Notes: generated from the sequence alone by a model not told the origin. 64,000 nucleotides of DNA from Clostridia bacterium (GCA_045545475.1 JAZQAZ010000047.1:55269-119268); one strand, 5' to 3'. Shown: positions 35,235 to 46,261, numbered from the stretch's first letter. Translations and numbers: made by a program.

Positions 35235-35310
35235 AAATAACAGCCCTTTCGTACCTTTTTATTAATTATAGGTTAAAGGTATAAAGTTTGCAACAGTAAA
35301 AATTCGTGTT

Positions 35311-36057
35311 TTAATCTATAAAATTAATTTCGGTGATTTCAGAAGCACTTTCAGAATCAATATATAAAAGGAAGTCGGGATGAGTCTTTAAAAGTGTTGC
35401 GGGCACCATATTGGAAACTTCCTTTGCAGCAAGGGTCTTTGCGATAGCTTCGCTCTTTACCTTATAGGGAACGCAGGAAATTATCTTTTTGCAGAGCATA
35501 ATTTGATAAGCGGTCATTGAAACAGCCTGCTTCGGCACATCGTCAATTGTGGCAAACCAGCCTTCGCCCATCTGCTGAGCCTTGCAACGCTCATTTAAGT
35601 CAACAACGATATAAGCTTCCTTTGTATCAAAGTCTGCAGGGGGATCGTTGAAGGCGATGTGGCCGTTTTCGCCGATTCCGATGAGGCCTAAATCAATGGG
35701 AGCTTTTCTTATTTCCTCTGTAAGGTGGGGGATTCCCTCCGGCGTTCCGTCAACAAAGTGAGCAGCCTTTAAGGGGCCAACCTTTTCTACGAAACGTTCC
35801 TTTAAATATTTTCTGAAGCTTGCACCGTGAGTTTCGGGGAGGTTTACATATTCATCCAAGTGGAACATTTCAACCTTTGTCCAGTCAATTCCTTCTATCT
35901 TTGTCAAAGCATCAAGTGTGTCAAACTGGGAAGCACCTGTTGAAAGAGCAATTCTTGCCGAGCCCTTTTCCTCAATACACTTCTTTATTATTTCAGCCGA
36001 TTCCTTTGCCGCGCTCTTTCCAAGCTCATAGCGGTCTTTTGCAATTCTTATTTCCAT
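35311..36057 (-). CDS. nagB: Glucosamine/galactosamine-6-phosphate deaminase family
   Basis: STGASQ, FHLDEY and GIGENGHIAFND motifs. Confidence 0.8.
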   Translation of the reverse strand: MEIRIAKDRYELGKSAAKESAEIIKKCIEEKGSARIALSTGASQFDTLDALTKIEGIDWTKVEMFHLDEYVNLPETHGASFRKYLKERFVEKVGPLKAAHFVDGTPEGIPHLTEEIRKAPIDLGLIGIGENGHIAFNDPPADFDTKEAYIVVDLNERCKAQQMGEGWFATIDDVPKQAVSMTAYQIMLCKKIISCVPYKVKSEAIAKTLAAKEVSNMVPATLLKTHPDFLLYIDSESASEITEINFID

Positions 36058-36058
36058 T

Positions 36059-37225
36059 TCAGTCAAGTTCCTTTCCTTCTATTATTACTTTCTTTATATT
36101 TATGCCCTCGTCAAAAAAGACAAGGTCTGCATAATATCCTTCTTTTATTTCGCCGCGGTTTTTAAGATTCATAACTCTTGCAGGGTTTACGGTAAGCATT
36201 CTTACCGCACTGCAAAGGGGAATGTCCGCTTCTTTTACCGCAACACGCAAAAGCCTGTCGCATGTTGCAACGCTTCCGGCGTATGCACTTTTGTCGGTGA
36301 GATAGGCAACGCTTCCGTCACTTACGGTTAAAAGTCCGTCGTCTTTACGCCCTAAAATATATTCGCCTTCTGGCATTCCGGCACCTCGCATAGAGTCTGT
36401 GATAAGGCACATTCTTCTCTGACCTTTAATTTTGTAGATAAGGCTTAAAAGCTCCTTCGGAAGATGGATTCCGTCTGCTATCACCTCGACAAAAACCGCA
36501 TCCTCAAGGTATGATGTATCAACGGCACCGAGTTTCCTTGAAAGATTTCTTCTTGTAACCTGGTTCATACCCGAATAAAGGTGGGTAGCAAGGGTGCAGC
36601 CTTCATCAATCAAAGGTTTTAATTCTTCGTATACAGCATCGGTGTGACCGAAGGAGGATGTTATGCCCTTTTCTTTGAGGAAACTGTTAAGCTCTCTGCT
36701 TCCTTTAAGCTCCGGTGCAAAACTTATTCTTCTTAAAGTGCCGCAGCCTTTTTTATAAAATTCCTCATACTCGGCCCTGTCGGGATTTTTTATGTATGCG
36801 GGGTTCTGTGCGCCGCACATTGAGTGGGAAAAATAAGGCCCTTCAAGATGGCTTCCTGCAATATTGGGTTTTCCCGGTGCATTTTCTGCCATAACCTCTT
36901 TCACGTTTTCGATGAATTTTAATGTGTCCGTAAATGAGGAGGATGTGCAGGTGGGATAAATTGTTGTTGCACCGTGCTTTGCACTTACATAGGCGGCTTT
37001 TCTTACTGCATCTTTATCCCCGTCGGCATAATCGAATCCGCCCGCACCGTGGGTGTGAATGTCGATAAAGCCTGATGAAACATAAAGGCCTTCTGCATCA
37101 ATTTCTTCGTCAAAGGGAAGATTGTCTTCCGTAACTTTAGAAATTTTTCCGTCTTCTATGTAGATGTATCTTCCTTTGAGAAGAAAAGAGGAAACGATAA
37201 CCGCATTTTTTATTCTTATTATCAT
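36059..37225 (-). CDS. nagA: N-acetylglucosamine-6-phosphate deacetylase
   Basis: GFIDIHTHG, HLEGPY, GHTDA, THLYSGM, ADGIH and ITD motifs. Confidence 0.92.
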   Translation of the reverse strand: MIIRIKNAVIVSSFLLKGRYIYIEDGKISKVTEDNLPFDEEIDAEGLYVSSGFIDIHTHGAGGFDYADGDKDAVRKAAYVSAKHGATTIYPTCTSSSFTDTLKFIENVKEVMAENAPGKPNIAGSHLEGPYFSHSMCGAQNPAYIKNPDRAEYEEFYKKGCGTLRRISFAPELKGSRELNSFLKEKGITSSFGHTDAVYEELKPLIDEGCTLATHLYSGMNQVTRRNLSRKLGAVDTSYLEDAVFVEVIADGIHLPKELLSLIYKIKGQRRMCLITDSMRGAGMPEGEYILGRKDDGLLTVSDGSVAYLTDKSAYAGSVATCDRLLRVAVKEADIPLCSAVRMLTVNPARVMNLKNRGEIKEGYYADLVFFDEGINIKKVIIEGKELD

Positions 37226-37392
37226 AAAAACACTCCTTTCTTGACAATTTTATTATAATGTGATATTATCAAACAGTCAATAGACTAAATTAACTTATTT
37301 TGTACAAAATTATATTTTTATATATAATTAAATGCGATAAATAAGGATTAAATTATAATATATATAACAAAATATGATTGTGGGGTGGGAAA

Positions 37393-38208
37393 ATGCAGAG
37401 CTTTGACAGAAATCTTCCCGAAATGAATTGCTTTTCGCTTGAAGTTAAGGATATAGCCTTCCACGTTCCGCCCATTAAATGGAACGGGGACATACTGGGG
37501 CATATCGGGATAAACGATGTGTTCTTTTTCGTTCTTTCCGGTGAATGCTATATGAAAATAGAGGATGATTGCTTCATTGTGAAAAGTGGTCAGATTGCAT
37601 ATTTACCCAAAGGGAAAATGCGGGCATATACCCGTGTTACCGAAAATTTTGTGATGTACGAAATTGCTTTTGATATAAAGGCGGACGGGAAAGAACTTTT
37701 TCCTTTAATCGGCCTTGATAAAGGAGAATATGCCGTTGATACAGAAAATCCTGACGCCATTAAAGCATTGTTTGAGGGTGCATCCAGATACGAATTTAAC
37801 AGAAGCGGATTTTTCGACATAGCGGCATCGGCAAAATGCTTTGAAATAATATCGGAGTATGCCAGGTTAAGATTGCTTACTGAAGGAAAGAAACAACCGT
37901 TTTCGGAGGTTATCGGCTATATGAAAAAGCACATAGGGGAGACTATATGCCTTGAAGAGCTTTCGAATGTGGCATTTATGCAGAAAAACTATTTCGTAAA
38001 AAAATTCCGCGAGGCTTATATGACTCCCCCTATGGAATATTTTGCCCGCCTTAAAATTTATGAGGCGATGAAGTATCTTTCCGGAGGAGATATGAGAATT
38101 GACGAAACCGCAAAAATGGTGGGGATTTCAGACAGTGCATATTTTTCGAGATTTTTCAAAAAACATACGGGACTTACTCCGGCCGATTACAGAAAGTTAT
38201 TTAAATAA
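37393..38208 (+). CDS. AraC family regulator, divergent from the nag operon
   Basis: C-terminal SDSAYFSRFFKKHTGLTPADYR. Confidence 0.9.
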   Translation: MQSFDRNLPEMNCFSLEVKDIAFHVPPIKWNGDILGHIGINDVFFFVLSGECYMKIEDDCFIVKSGQIAYLPKGKMRAYTRVTENFVMYEIAFDIKADGKELFPLIGLDKGEYAVDTENPDAIKALFEGASRYEFNRSGFFDIAASAKCFEIISEYARLRLLTEGKKQPFSEVIGYMKKHIGETICLEELSNVAFMQKNYFVKKFREAYMTPPMEYFARLKIYEAMKYLSGGDMRIDETAKMVGISDSAYFSRFFKKHTGLTPADYRKLFK

Positions 38209-38280
38209 TAAATATTTCCTATTGCAAAAGCTTGGGTTTTGATGTAAAATAAGATAATGCACAAAAAAGGAGAATGAGTT

Positions 38281-39969
38281 ATGGATTTTAAGTCATATAT
38301 TGCAGAAAAAATAGCTGTGGCAGCCGAGGGAGATAAGGAAGCAATCCTTGCTTTAATCGAAAAGCCGAAGGACGAAACTATGGGAGATGCGGCGTTTCCC
38401 TGCTTTTCGCTTTCCAAGGTTTTAAGAAAAGCTCCCAATATGATTGCGGCGGACCTTGCTGAAAAAATCGCATCCGACGATGTGATTGGCGAAGTATCTG
38501 CTGTCGGCGGCTATCTTAATTTCTTTTTTAATAAAAAGTTTTTTGTAGCGGATCTTGCAGAAAAAATTATAAAAGAGGGCGACTCCTACGGAAAGAGCAT
38601 CGATGGCGAAGGGAAAACCGTTGTAATCGACTTTTCCTCTCCAAACATTGTAAAGCCCTTCCACGTAGGTCATTTGTTCTCCACAGCTGTCGGAAACTCT
38701 TTGTCCAGAATATATGATTTTCTTGGTTATAAGGTGGAAAAGCTTAATTACCTTGGGGACTGGGGAACTCAGTTCGGCAAGGTAATTACCGCATATAAAA
38801 TGTGGGGAGATAAAGAAATTGTTGAAAAAGACCCCATAAACGAACTCAATAAGCTTTATGTGAGATTCCACGAGGAAGCGGAAAAGGATTCTTCCTTGGA
38901 GGACAGAGCAAGAAGTGAATTTCATCTTCTTGAAACAGGAGACGAAGAAAACTACGGACTCTGGAACTGGTTCCGTGAGGTTAGTATAGAAGAATTCAAA
39001 AAGGTGTATGACAAAATGGGTATCACCTTTGATTCCTATAACGGCGAAGCATTTTTTGCAAAGAGGACAGACTCAATTGTAGGCGAGCTTAAGGAGAAAA
39101 ATCTTCTTACCTTAAGTGAAGGTGCATATATAGTTGAGTTTCCCGATATGCCTCCTGCAATCGTGCTGAAGCAGGACGGCTCCACAATTTATACCACCCG
39201 TGACCTGGCATCTGCCGAATACAGAGCAAATACATACAATTTTGATAAGAACATCTACGTTGTGGGACTTCCTCAGAGTCTTCACTTCAAGCAGATTTTT
39301 GCAACACTTGAAAAGCTCGGCAAGGACTATGCGGAAAAATGTACCCATGTCGGTTTCGGAACGGTTAAGTTTGCAACCGGTGCTATGTCGACAAGAAGCG
39401 GAAATGTTGTACTTCTTGAAACAGTTTTATCCGAGGCAATAAACAAAACTGCCGAGATTATGCGTGCCAACGGAAACAGTGAGGAAGATATTGCTGATGC
39501 TGCAAATAAGGTGGGGATCGGTGCAATTTTCTACACCTTCCTTAAAAACAGCCGTGAAAAGGACATCATCTTTGACTGGGATGATATTCTGGACTTCAAC
39601 GGCGAGTCAGGTCCTTATGTACAGTACAGCTATGCAAGAGGAAAGAGCGTAATGCGTAAGGCTGAAATAAAAGATTATTCCGGTGCAAGCTTTGACTACG
39701 ATATAACCCCCGAAGAATACTCTCTTTGCAAGCTGCTTTCGGAATTTTCCGACACAGTAAGAGCGGCGGCCGAAAAGAACGAGCCTTTCTACATCAACCG
39801 TTATGTGACAAATGTTGCAAAGGCATTCAATAAATTCTACAATACAACTCCCATATTAAAGGGAGATGAAAACACGATGAAGGCAAGATTGTTACTTACA
39901 GAGGCAACCACAATCTGCATAAAGAACGCTCTTGCACTTCTCGGAATAAACACAGTTGAAAGAATGTAA
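38281..39969 (+). CDS. argS: Arginine--tRNA ligase
   Basis: FSSPNIVKPFHVGH, GDWGTQFG, MSTRSG and GPYVQYSYAR motifs. Confidence 0.97.
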   Translation: MDFKSYIAEKIAVAAEGDKEAILALIEKPKDETMGDAAFPCFSLSKVLRKAPNMIAADLAEKIASDDVIGEVSAVGGYLNFFFNKKFFVADLAEKIIKEGDSYGKSIDGEGKTVVIDFSSPNIVKPFHVGHLFSTAVGNSLSRIYDFLGYKVEKLNYLGDWGTQFGKVITAYKMWGDKEIVEKDPINELNKLYVRFHEEAEKDSSLEDRARSEFHLLETGDEENYGLWNWFREVSIEEFKKVYDKMGITFDSYNGEAFFAKRTDSIVGELKEKNLLTLSEGAYIVEFPDMPPAIVLKQDGSTIYTTRDLASAEYRANTYNFDKNIYVVGLPQSLHFKQIFATLEKLGKDYAEKCTHVGFGTVKFATGAMSTRSGNVVLLETVLSEAINKTAEIMRANGNSEEDIADAANKVGIGAIFYTFLKNSREKDIIFDWDDILDFNGESGPYVQYSYARGKSVMRKAEIKDYSGASFDYDITPEEYSLCKLLSEFSDTVRAAAEKNEPFYINRYVTNVAKAFNKFYNTTPILKGDENTMKARLLLTEATTICIKNALALLGINTVERM

Positions 39970-39975
39970 GCTATA

Positions 39976-40006
39976 AAGCCGAGGGGAATCGACTCCCCTC
40001 GGCTTA
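39976..40006 (+). terminator. Hairpin between argS and the helD-like gene
   Basis: AAGCCGAGGGGA/TCCCCTCGGCTT; weak T tract. Confidence 0.5.
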
Positions 40007-40025
40007 CAAAAGGAGGTGAGTACCC

Positions 40026-42146
40026 ATGAGTATAGAAGAAAAAGACTTTTTGGAAGAACAGGAATATCTTGACACTGTCATGGATGTGCTCGCACACCTT
40101 CTCGACAAAAGGCGTCAGGCTCTTGAAAAATCTAAAAGAGAGGTAATAGAGCTTAACAAGACAATGATGGATGACATCGGAAACGATGTGCAGTCCTTGG
40201 GTAAGTTTGTTGATGCCTATTCCTACCTTGTGGAAATTGACAGCCGTGCAGGAGCAATGCATGACAGTGAGGTGGAATATGCAAGGCTTCTTACAATGCA
40301 GAATACACCTTATTTTGCAAGGATGGATTTTAAGCTTAAGGACTCATGTCCGATGAAAATTTACATCGGAATAAACAGCCTTATAGACGAAGAAAAGCTT
40401 GACTTTTATGTGTTTGACTGGCGAAGCCCTATAGCGGGAATGTACTATGATTTTGAGCTTGGAGATGCAAAGTATTCTTCTCCCGGCGGTGAGGTTTCGG
40501 GCGAAGTAACGTTAAAAAGACAGTTTAAGATATGGAAGGGCGAAATCCTTTCTGCATACGACAGCTCAATTGCCATCGAGGATGATGTGTTGTCCGAAGC
40601 ACTCTCAAAAAGTGCTGATTCCAAAATGAGAGATATTGTCTGCACAATACAGCGTGAACAGAATCAGATTATAAGGGATAAAGAAAGCAAATACTTAATT
40701 GCTTTCGGTCCTGCGGGAAGTGGAAAAACCTCCGTTGCAATGCAAAGGGCGGCGTTTTTCCTTTACGCTTACAGAGACTCTGTCACAAGCGGAAACCTTA
40801 TGATATTTTCTCCGAATAACGTATTTGGTGACTACATTTCCGAGGTTTTACCACGCCTTGGTGAAGAGAATATAAAAAGTACTCCATTTAACGAATATGC
40901 GTCGGAGCTTTTCGGGGGTAAATATAAATTTTTGCCGGCATCCGAATTTCTTGACTTTTCGGTAAATGGTGACGGGATAAGAAAGAAAGCGGCAAAAATA
41001 AAAACCTCGGCACGCCTTGCGGATGCTTTGAGTGAGCATATAAGAAGGATTTCAGGCAAAAGTCCCGCTTTCCCAGATATGATATATGCAGGAAAATGCC
41101 TTATAAAGGGCAGCGAAATGGACAGGCTCTATACAAATGACTTTTCCTACCTTTCCATTCAAGCGAGAATGAACAAGCTTTTTGCAAGAGTGTCTGTTTT
41201 TGCAAAGGATGAATATAAGAGAATTAAAAAGGCGGCAGTTGAGGCCTTTGGAGAAGAGTATGACGAGAATGATGCAAAAGAAAAGCTTACGGAGCTTAAG
41301 TGGAAGATAAGGGAAGAATACCGTGCCTTTTTATCCTTTGCTGAAAAGACGCTTTCGGCTGACCCTGAAAGGATTTACCTCGATGTGCTTTCCGAAATTG
41401 ATAAGGAAGTCTGCTCTTATACTGCGGAAAATCTTGCTCTGGGAATTGTGCAGAGCGAAGATGCCGCACCGCTTACCTATATTCTTTCTGCTACAAGAGA
41501 AATTAAAAATGAAGTAAAATATCTGATTGTGGACGAGGCACAGGATTATACCAGACTTCACTTTGAAGCAATGAAAAATTGCTTCAGAAAGGCAAGCATT
41601 ACTTTTTTAGGTGATACTAATCAGTCTGTTTGCCCCATGTCTCCGTTGGTAACAGGAGAAAACATAGCATCTGTATTTCCTGATGCAAGCGTTAAATACC
41701 TTACAAAAAGCTACAGAAGTACAGCAGAGATAAGCGATTTTTGCGGAAAGATACTTGGCCTTTCCAATGTGGATTACATGAAACGAAGCGGAGAGGCGGT
41801 CAGCATGACAACTCTCCATTCTAAAGAGGATTATTTAAAAAGCCTTGTGAATCAGGCTCTTAACTGGCAAAGGGAAGGTAGAACTTGTGCCATAATTTTC
41901 CCAACACTATCTGAATGTCAGTCGCTTTTCGATAAATATGGAAAAGATGTAGGACTTACTCTGGTCACTGATAGCGATAAAAAGTTTAAAACCGGCAGTG
42001 TTATTATACCGTCGTATATGGCTAAGGGTCTGGAGTTTGATGCGGTGGCAATTCCCTATAACAGCTTTTCGGGAGAGGAATTAAAGCATCTTTTCTACAC
42101 CGCATCTACACGAGCACTTCATGTACTGAAGCTTTTTAAATATTAA
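40026..42146 (+). CDS. helD: HelD-like RNA polymerase recycling ATPase (UvrD superfamily)
   Basis: PYFARMDF, DWRSPIA, TIQREQNQII, GPAGSGKT, VDEAQD and KGLEFD motifs. Confidence 0.85.
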   Translation: MSIEEKDFLEEQEYLDTVMDVLAHLLDKRRQALEKSKREVIELNKTMMDDIGNDVQSLGKFVDAYSYLVEIDSRAGAMHDSEVEYARLLTMQNTPYFARMDFKLKDSCPMKIYIGINSLIDEEKLDFYVFDWRSPIAGMYYDFELGDAKYSSPGGEVSGEVTLKRQFKIWKGEILSAYDSSIAIEDDVLSEALSKSADSKMRDIVCTIQREQNQIIRDKESKYLIAFGPAGSGKTSVAMQRAAFFLYAYRDSVTSGNLMIFSPNNVFGDYISEVLPRLGEENIKSTPFNEYASELFGGKYKFLPASEFLDFSVNGDGIRKKAAKIKTSARLADALSEHIRRISGKSPAFPDMIYAGKCLIKGSEMDRLYTNDFSYLSIQARMNKLFARVSVFAKDEYKRIKKAAVEAFGEEYDENDAKEKLTELKWKIREEYRAFLSFAEKTLSADPERIYLDVLSEIDKEVCSYTAENLALGIVQSEDAAPLTYILSATREIKNEVKYLIVDEAQDYTRLHFEAMKNCFRKASITFLGDTNQSVCPMSPLVTGENIASVFPDASVKYLTKSYRSTAEISDFCGKILGLSNVDYMKRSGEAVSMTTLHSKEDYLKSLVNQALNWQREGRTCAIIFPTLSECQSLFDKYGKDVGLTLVTDSDKKFKTGSVIIPSYMAKGLEFDAVAIPYNSFSGEELKHLFYTASTRALHVLKLFKY

Positions 42147-42176
42147 AGGGAAATAATTTATAAAGGATATGACTAT

Positions 42177-43505
42177 ATGAAAAAATTGGTGGCATTTACC
42201 ATATTGTTTACTATGCTTTTAAGTTTTTGCTCCTTCGGTGCAAAAATTGACGGCGAGGAGATTGAAAGCACATTGCTTAACGGAACCACAATGGTTCCTC
42301 TTGAGGATCTGGCAAGAATTCTTGACCTTGATTTCATGCCCTCAAGTGAGCAGTATGCGGTTGCGGAAAAAAACGACACTCCGAGAATGCTTAACTTTCC
42401 CAATGAAAGTCCTGAAAAGGTATATTCGCAGAATTATATAAGACAAAATGACGGAGGACTTAAACTTACCTATGAGCAGGAGATGCTTCTTCCCGAAAGT
42501 ACGGTGAGAATTGACGGAAAGCTCTATGTTCCTTTCCGCTTTGTGGCAGAGTATTTTGGTGCAAAGGTTTACTGGTCCGAAGAAAAAGGAGCCTGGGCTT
42601 ACAGAACCTCCTATGGCGAAATAGCTGTTATAAGGACGGACGGAAACATCAGGGAAAGAGTGGCACTTTCCGGAAGCGTTGACAGTGCAGTTATGGTCTC
42701 TGATTATCTTGTTATAGTAAGAGGAAATGAACTTATCAGGGTGAGCCTTAAGGACGGAAGCGAAAAGGTGATGGGAGAAGGCGGCAAGATACACGCAGAA
42801 GGGGATAAAGTTTTTGTTCTGGGAAGCGGAAAAGTGACGCTTTTCGACGTGGAAAGCTGTGAAAGCAAAACCATCACTGAGAATGTTGTCATGGTCGGCT
42901 ATATTGAAGGCGGAGGAGTATGGTGTGACAAAGGCGATTATGCCGCTGTTTACGATACGGAAGGAAATCACGTGACTGACGTTACCGGAGAATTCCAGAA
43001 TCCATGGGAATATCAGGGTGGATATGTATATTATCTTACTTCCAGGATGGAAATGAGACGTGCAAAACCTGACGGCTCGGAAGATGAAGAACTTATAAAA
43101 ATAGCACTTTATCCCGAGTGGGTTGACGGATATATCTATTACAGCGACAGTGCAATGAATTACAGAAGATTTGACGTTGAAACAGGCGAAGATATTATGG
43201 TTTACGGACTTAATCTTGAGCATGTTATGTGCTATAAGGAGAAGTATCTTTTCAATTTCTATTCCGACAGCATAAGAAGGATGTTTATTTCAAATCCCGA
43301 CGGAACGGATTTTAAGCCCTTCGGAAGTGAAAATCTTGTTGTGGAAGAACCGCCTGTTCTGTATAAGGACGGCATAGCGGCAAAAGGACTTGACGATAAT
43401 TTTATGTACTATGTAAATGAGAACGGAGCATTAAAGCTTACGGACGATGAAGCGTCTGTATTCTTAGGTGTGTACGAAGGTTTTGTATATTATACTATAG
43501 AATAG
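42177..43505 (+). CDS. Secreted protein with copper-amine-oxidase-like N-terminal domain and beta-propeller (DUF5050-like)
   Basis: Signal peptide; YVPFRFVAEYFGAKVYW; repeated GYVYY/GYIYY...DGS blades. Confidence 0.75.
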   Translation: MKKLVAFTILFTMLLSFCSFGAKIDGEEIESTLLNGTTMVPLEDLARILDLDFMPSSEQYAVAEKNDTPRMLNFPNESPEKVYSQNYIRQNDGGLKLTYEQEMLLPESTVRIDGKLYVPFRFVAEYFGAKVYWSEEKGAWAYRTSYGEIAVIRTDGNIRERVALSGSVDSAVMVSDYLVIVRGNELIRVSLKDGSEKVMGEGGKIHAEGDKVFVLGSGKVTLFDVESCESKTITENVVMVGYIEGGGVWCDKGDYAAVYDTEGNHVTDVTGEFQNPWEYQGGYVYYLTSRMEMRRAKPDGSEDEELIKIALYPEWVDGYIYYSDSAMNYRRFDVETGEDIMVYGLNLEHVMCYKEKYLFNFYSDSIRRMFISNPDGTDFKPFGSENLVVEEPPVLYKDGIAAKGLDDNFMYYVNENGALKLTDDEASVFLGVYEGFVYYTIE

Positions 43506-43627
43506 AAAGGAACGGAAGGCATTGCCTTCCGCTCTTTTCTATTGACACAGTCCGGATGTTGTGTTAAAATATAATTGGTAGAATGTCAGTGTTTATATGA
43601 AGCTTTATTTGCTTTGGAGGAATAAAA

Positions 43628-45016
43628 ATGAACTTATTTAAGAAGATAACAGCATTATTTACGATTCTGGTTGTTGTTCTCGCAATGCCGCATCTTGCAG
43701 CGGCGGAGGAATATGAGGCAGAGGATATCGAAGCATTCATGGGAGAAATTGAAGAAGAGGCGGAAGAAAAGGAATATATTGTTTACTTCAATGATTCCGT
43801 TGTATCCCTCTATGCAGATGAAGGTAAGGACTACGCTTTAATGAACGAGGAAGAACTTGCTTCCTGCTTGGAATCGGACATTGTTGAATTTTACGAAGAA
43901 AATGCATATGTTTATCTTTATGGGGACTATTCTGAATACGATCCTATGCAGGTAAAATATAAGTGGGATCTTAAACTTATAAATGCCGATTACGCTCTTG
44001 ATAAAGGCTATACAGGTGACGGGGTTAAGGTAGCGGTTATTGACTCCGGCTGTAACATAACCGGAGACCTTTCTGAAAATATACTGGAAGGATATAATCT
44101 TGTAGATGAAAGTAAGGATGTTACAGATACCGTATATCATGGCACTATGGTTTCTGCTCAGATTGCGGCTGAAATGAATAGTGTGGGATTCCGCGGTGTT
44201 GCACCTGAGGCAAAGATTGTTCCACTTAAAATATTTGATGACAATCAAAAAAAGGCAAAGGTAAGCCTTGTTGCAGATGCAATAAAAATGGCTGTTGACG
44301 ATTACGATTGTGACATAATAAATATGAGTCTTGGCACAGGAAGCGATTCTGAGACTTTGAAGGCAGCGGTTCAGTATGCTGCAAGTAAAAATGTATTGAT
44401 GGTTGCGGCAATGGGCAATAACGGAACGGATGAATACTCCTATCCTGCGGCATACGACGGGGTTATTGCTGTCGGTGCTGTTGACTATAAAAAAACAGTG
44501 TGCGACTATTCTCAGTACAATGACGGAATTGACGTGTGTGCACCCGGCGGATGTGATGACGCTAAGATTGCGTGCCTTTCTCCCAATCCGGATAACAATA
44601 AATATTTCCAGAGTAAGGGTACAAGCTTTGCTGCACCTACTGTTTCGGGAATTGCGGCACTTTTTCGTGAGATAGATGCGGATTTTTCACATAATGATTT
44701 TATGGAAGTAATTGAAAATGCATCGGAAGACAGGGGAAAGACAGGTTACGATGTATATTATGGCTATGGTATGGTAAATGTTGAGGATTATCTCAGCTAT
44801 TATCTTGCTCCCATGGGTGATAACGATATTGACGGAAAGGTAACGGCAAACGATGCACTTAATATTGTTAACTACATTACAGGAATGACAAACGGCTTTG
44901 CAAAGGAAAAGGCGGTTGATGTTGATAAGGACGGAAAAATCACACTTATGGATGCAATTTTGGTTGCACGTTATGCGGCCGGATGGGACGGCTACGAAAT
45001 GCCGGATTATGAATGA
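43628..45016 (+). CDS. S8 subtilase with C-terminal dockerin
   Basis: VIDSG, HGT and GTSFAAP triad; GDNDIDGKVTANDA...DVDKDGKITLMDA duplicated Ca-binding loops. Confidence 0.9.
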   Translation: MNLFKKITALFTILVVVLAMPHLAAAEEYEAEDIEAFMGEIEEEAEEKEYIVYFNDSVVSLYADEGKDYALMNEEELASCLESDIVEFYEENAYVYLYGDYSEYDPMQVKYKWDLKLINADYALDKGYTGDGVKVAVIDSGCNITGDLSENILEGYNLVDESKDVTDTVYHGTMVSAQIAAEMNSVGFRGVAPEAKIVPLKIFDDNQKKAKVSLVADAIKMAVDDYDCDIINMSLGTGSDSETLKAAVQYAASKNVLMVAAMGNNGTDEYSYPAAYDGVIAVGAVDYKKTVCDYSQYNDGIDVCAPGGCDDAKIACLSPNPDNNKYFQSKGTSFAAPTVSGIAALFREIDADFSHNDFMEVIENASEDRGKTGYDVYYGYGMVNVEDYLSYYLAPMGDNDIDGKVTANDALNIVNYITGMTNGFAKEKAVDVDKDGKITLMDAILVARYAAGWDGYEMPDYE

Positions 45017-45079
45017 TGATAATACGCAGGCCCAGCCTGCGTATTAATTTTAATTATGATTTTTAAAGGAGGAGTTATC

Positions 45080-46105
45080 ATGCTGTCATTTGAAAGTGAT
45101 TACACAGAAGGTGCTCATATAAAAATACTCGAAAGGTTTATGGAAACCAATTATGAACAGCTTTCGGGATACGGCCATGACAAGTATACCGATTCTGCCA
45201 AGAAAAAAATAAAAAAGGCATGCAACAAAGATGATGCAGAGGTGTTTTTGTTAACAGGCGGAACACAGACAAATCAGATTGTGATTGATACCGTTCTTCC
45301 TGCCTATGCAGGCGTAATAAGTGCGGATACGGGACACGTAAGTGCTCACGAAGCAGGGGCAATAGAGTTTACAGGGCATAAGGTTTTAACCATTCCTCAC
45401 GAAAACGGAAAGCTTAAAGCGGATCTGGTTGAAAATTACATAAAAACCTTTTATGCCGATGCAAATTTCGAGCATATGGTATTCCCGGGAATGGTATATA
45501 TTTCACATCCCACCGAATACGGAACGCTTTACACAAAAGAGGAGCTTACGGCTTTGTCTAAGGTGTGCAGAAAATATGAAATTCCGCTTTATATGGATGG
45601 GGCAAGACTTGGCTACGGCCTTATGAGCGAAGGAAGCGACCTTACTCTTTCGGATGTTGCCAACCTTACTGATGTCTTCTATATCGGCGGAACAAAGGTG
45701 GGTGCTCTTTGCGGTGAGGCTGTTGTGTTTACTCATAACAATGCACCGAAACACTTTTTTACAGAAATCAAGCAGCACGGAGCACTTATTGCCAAGGGAA
45801 GACTTCTTGGGGTGCAGTTCGATACTCTATTTACCGATGATTTATATTTTGAAATAAGTCGCCATGCCATAAAAATGGCAGATAAAATGAGAGCGATCTT
45901 CAGAGAAAAGGGCTATCGCTTCTTTATGGAGACTGTCACAAATCAGATATTTATAATTCTTGAAAATAAGAAAATGGAAGAGCTTAAAGAAAAAGTGGCT
46001 TTTGGTTTCTGGGAAAAATATGATGATGACCATACCGTGGTACGTTTTGCGTCAAGCTGGGCGACAACTGAGGAAGCGGTCGGCAGGCTTTCTGAGCTTT
46101 TATAA
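45080..46105 (+). CDS. Low-specificity L-threonine aldolase
   Basis: SFESDY, GGTQTN, HEAGA, DGARL and GGTK motifs; RBS AGGAGG. Confidence 0.9.
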   Translation: MLSFESDYTEGAHIKILERFMETNYEQLSGYGHDKYTDSAKKKIKKACNKDDAEVFLLTGGTQTNQIVIDTVLPAYAGVISADTGHVSAHEAGAIEFTGHKVLTIPHENGKLKADLVENYIKTFYADANFEHMVFPGMVYISHPTEYGTLYTKEELTALSKVCRKYEIPLYMDGARLGYGLMSEGSDLTLSDVANLTDVFYIGGTKVGALCGEAVVFTHNNAPKHFFTEIKQHGALIAKGRLLGVQFDTLFTDDLYFEISRHAIKMADKMRAIFREKGYRFFMETVTNQIFIILENKKMEELKEKVAFGFWEKYDDDHTVVRFASSWATTEEAVGRLSELL

Positions 46106-46261
46106 AAAATATCAAATTTTTTAATGGGTGAAAAAGGTTTTTTTATAAAATTTGAAAATCCTCAGGCATAACGGAAAGAAAAATATGCAATAATACTTGA
46201 AATTTTTGCGTTTTTGTGCTATTATTATGGAAAAATAAAATTGTGCATGGGAGGAATTAAA

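Noticed and set aside
46106-46261. Purine riboswitch upstream of guaA
   Set aside because: Conserved purine-aptamer core sequences are not present
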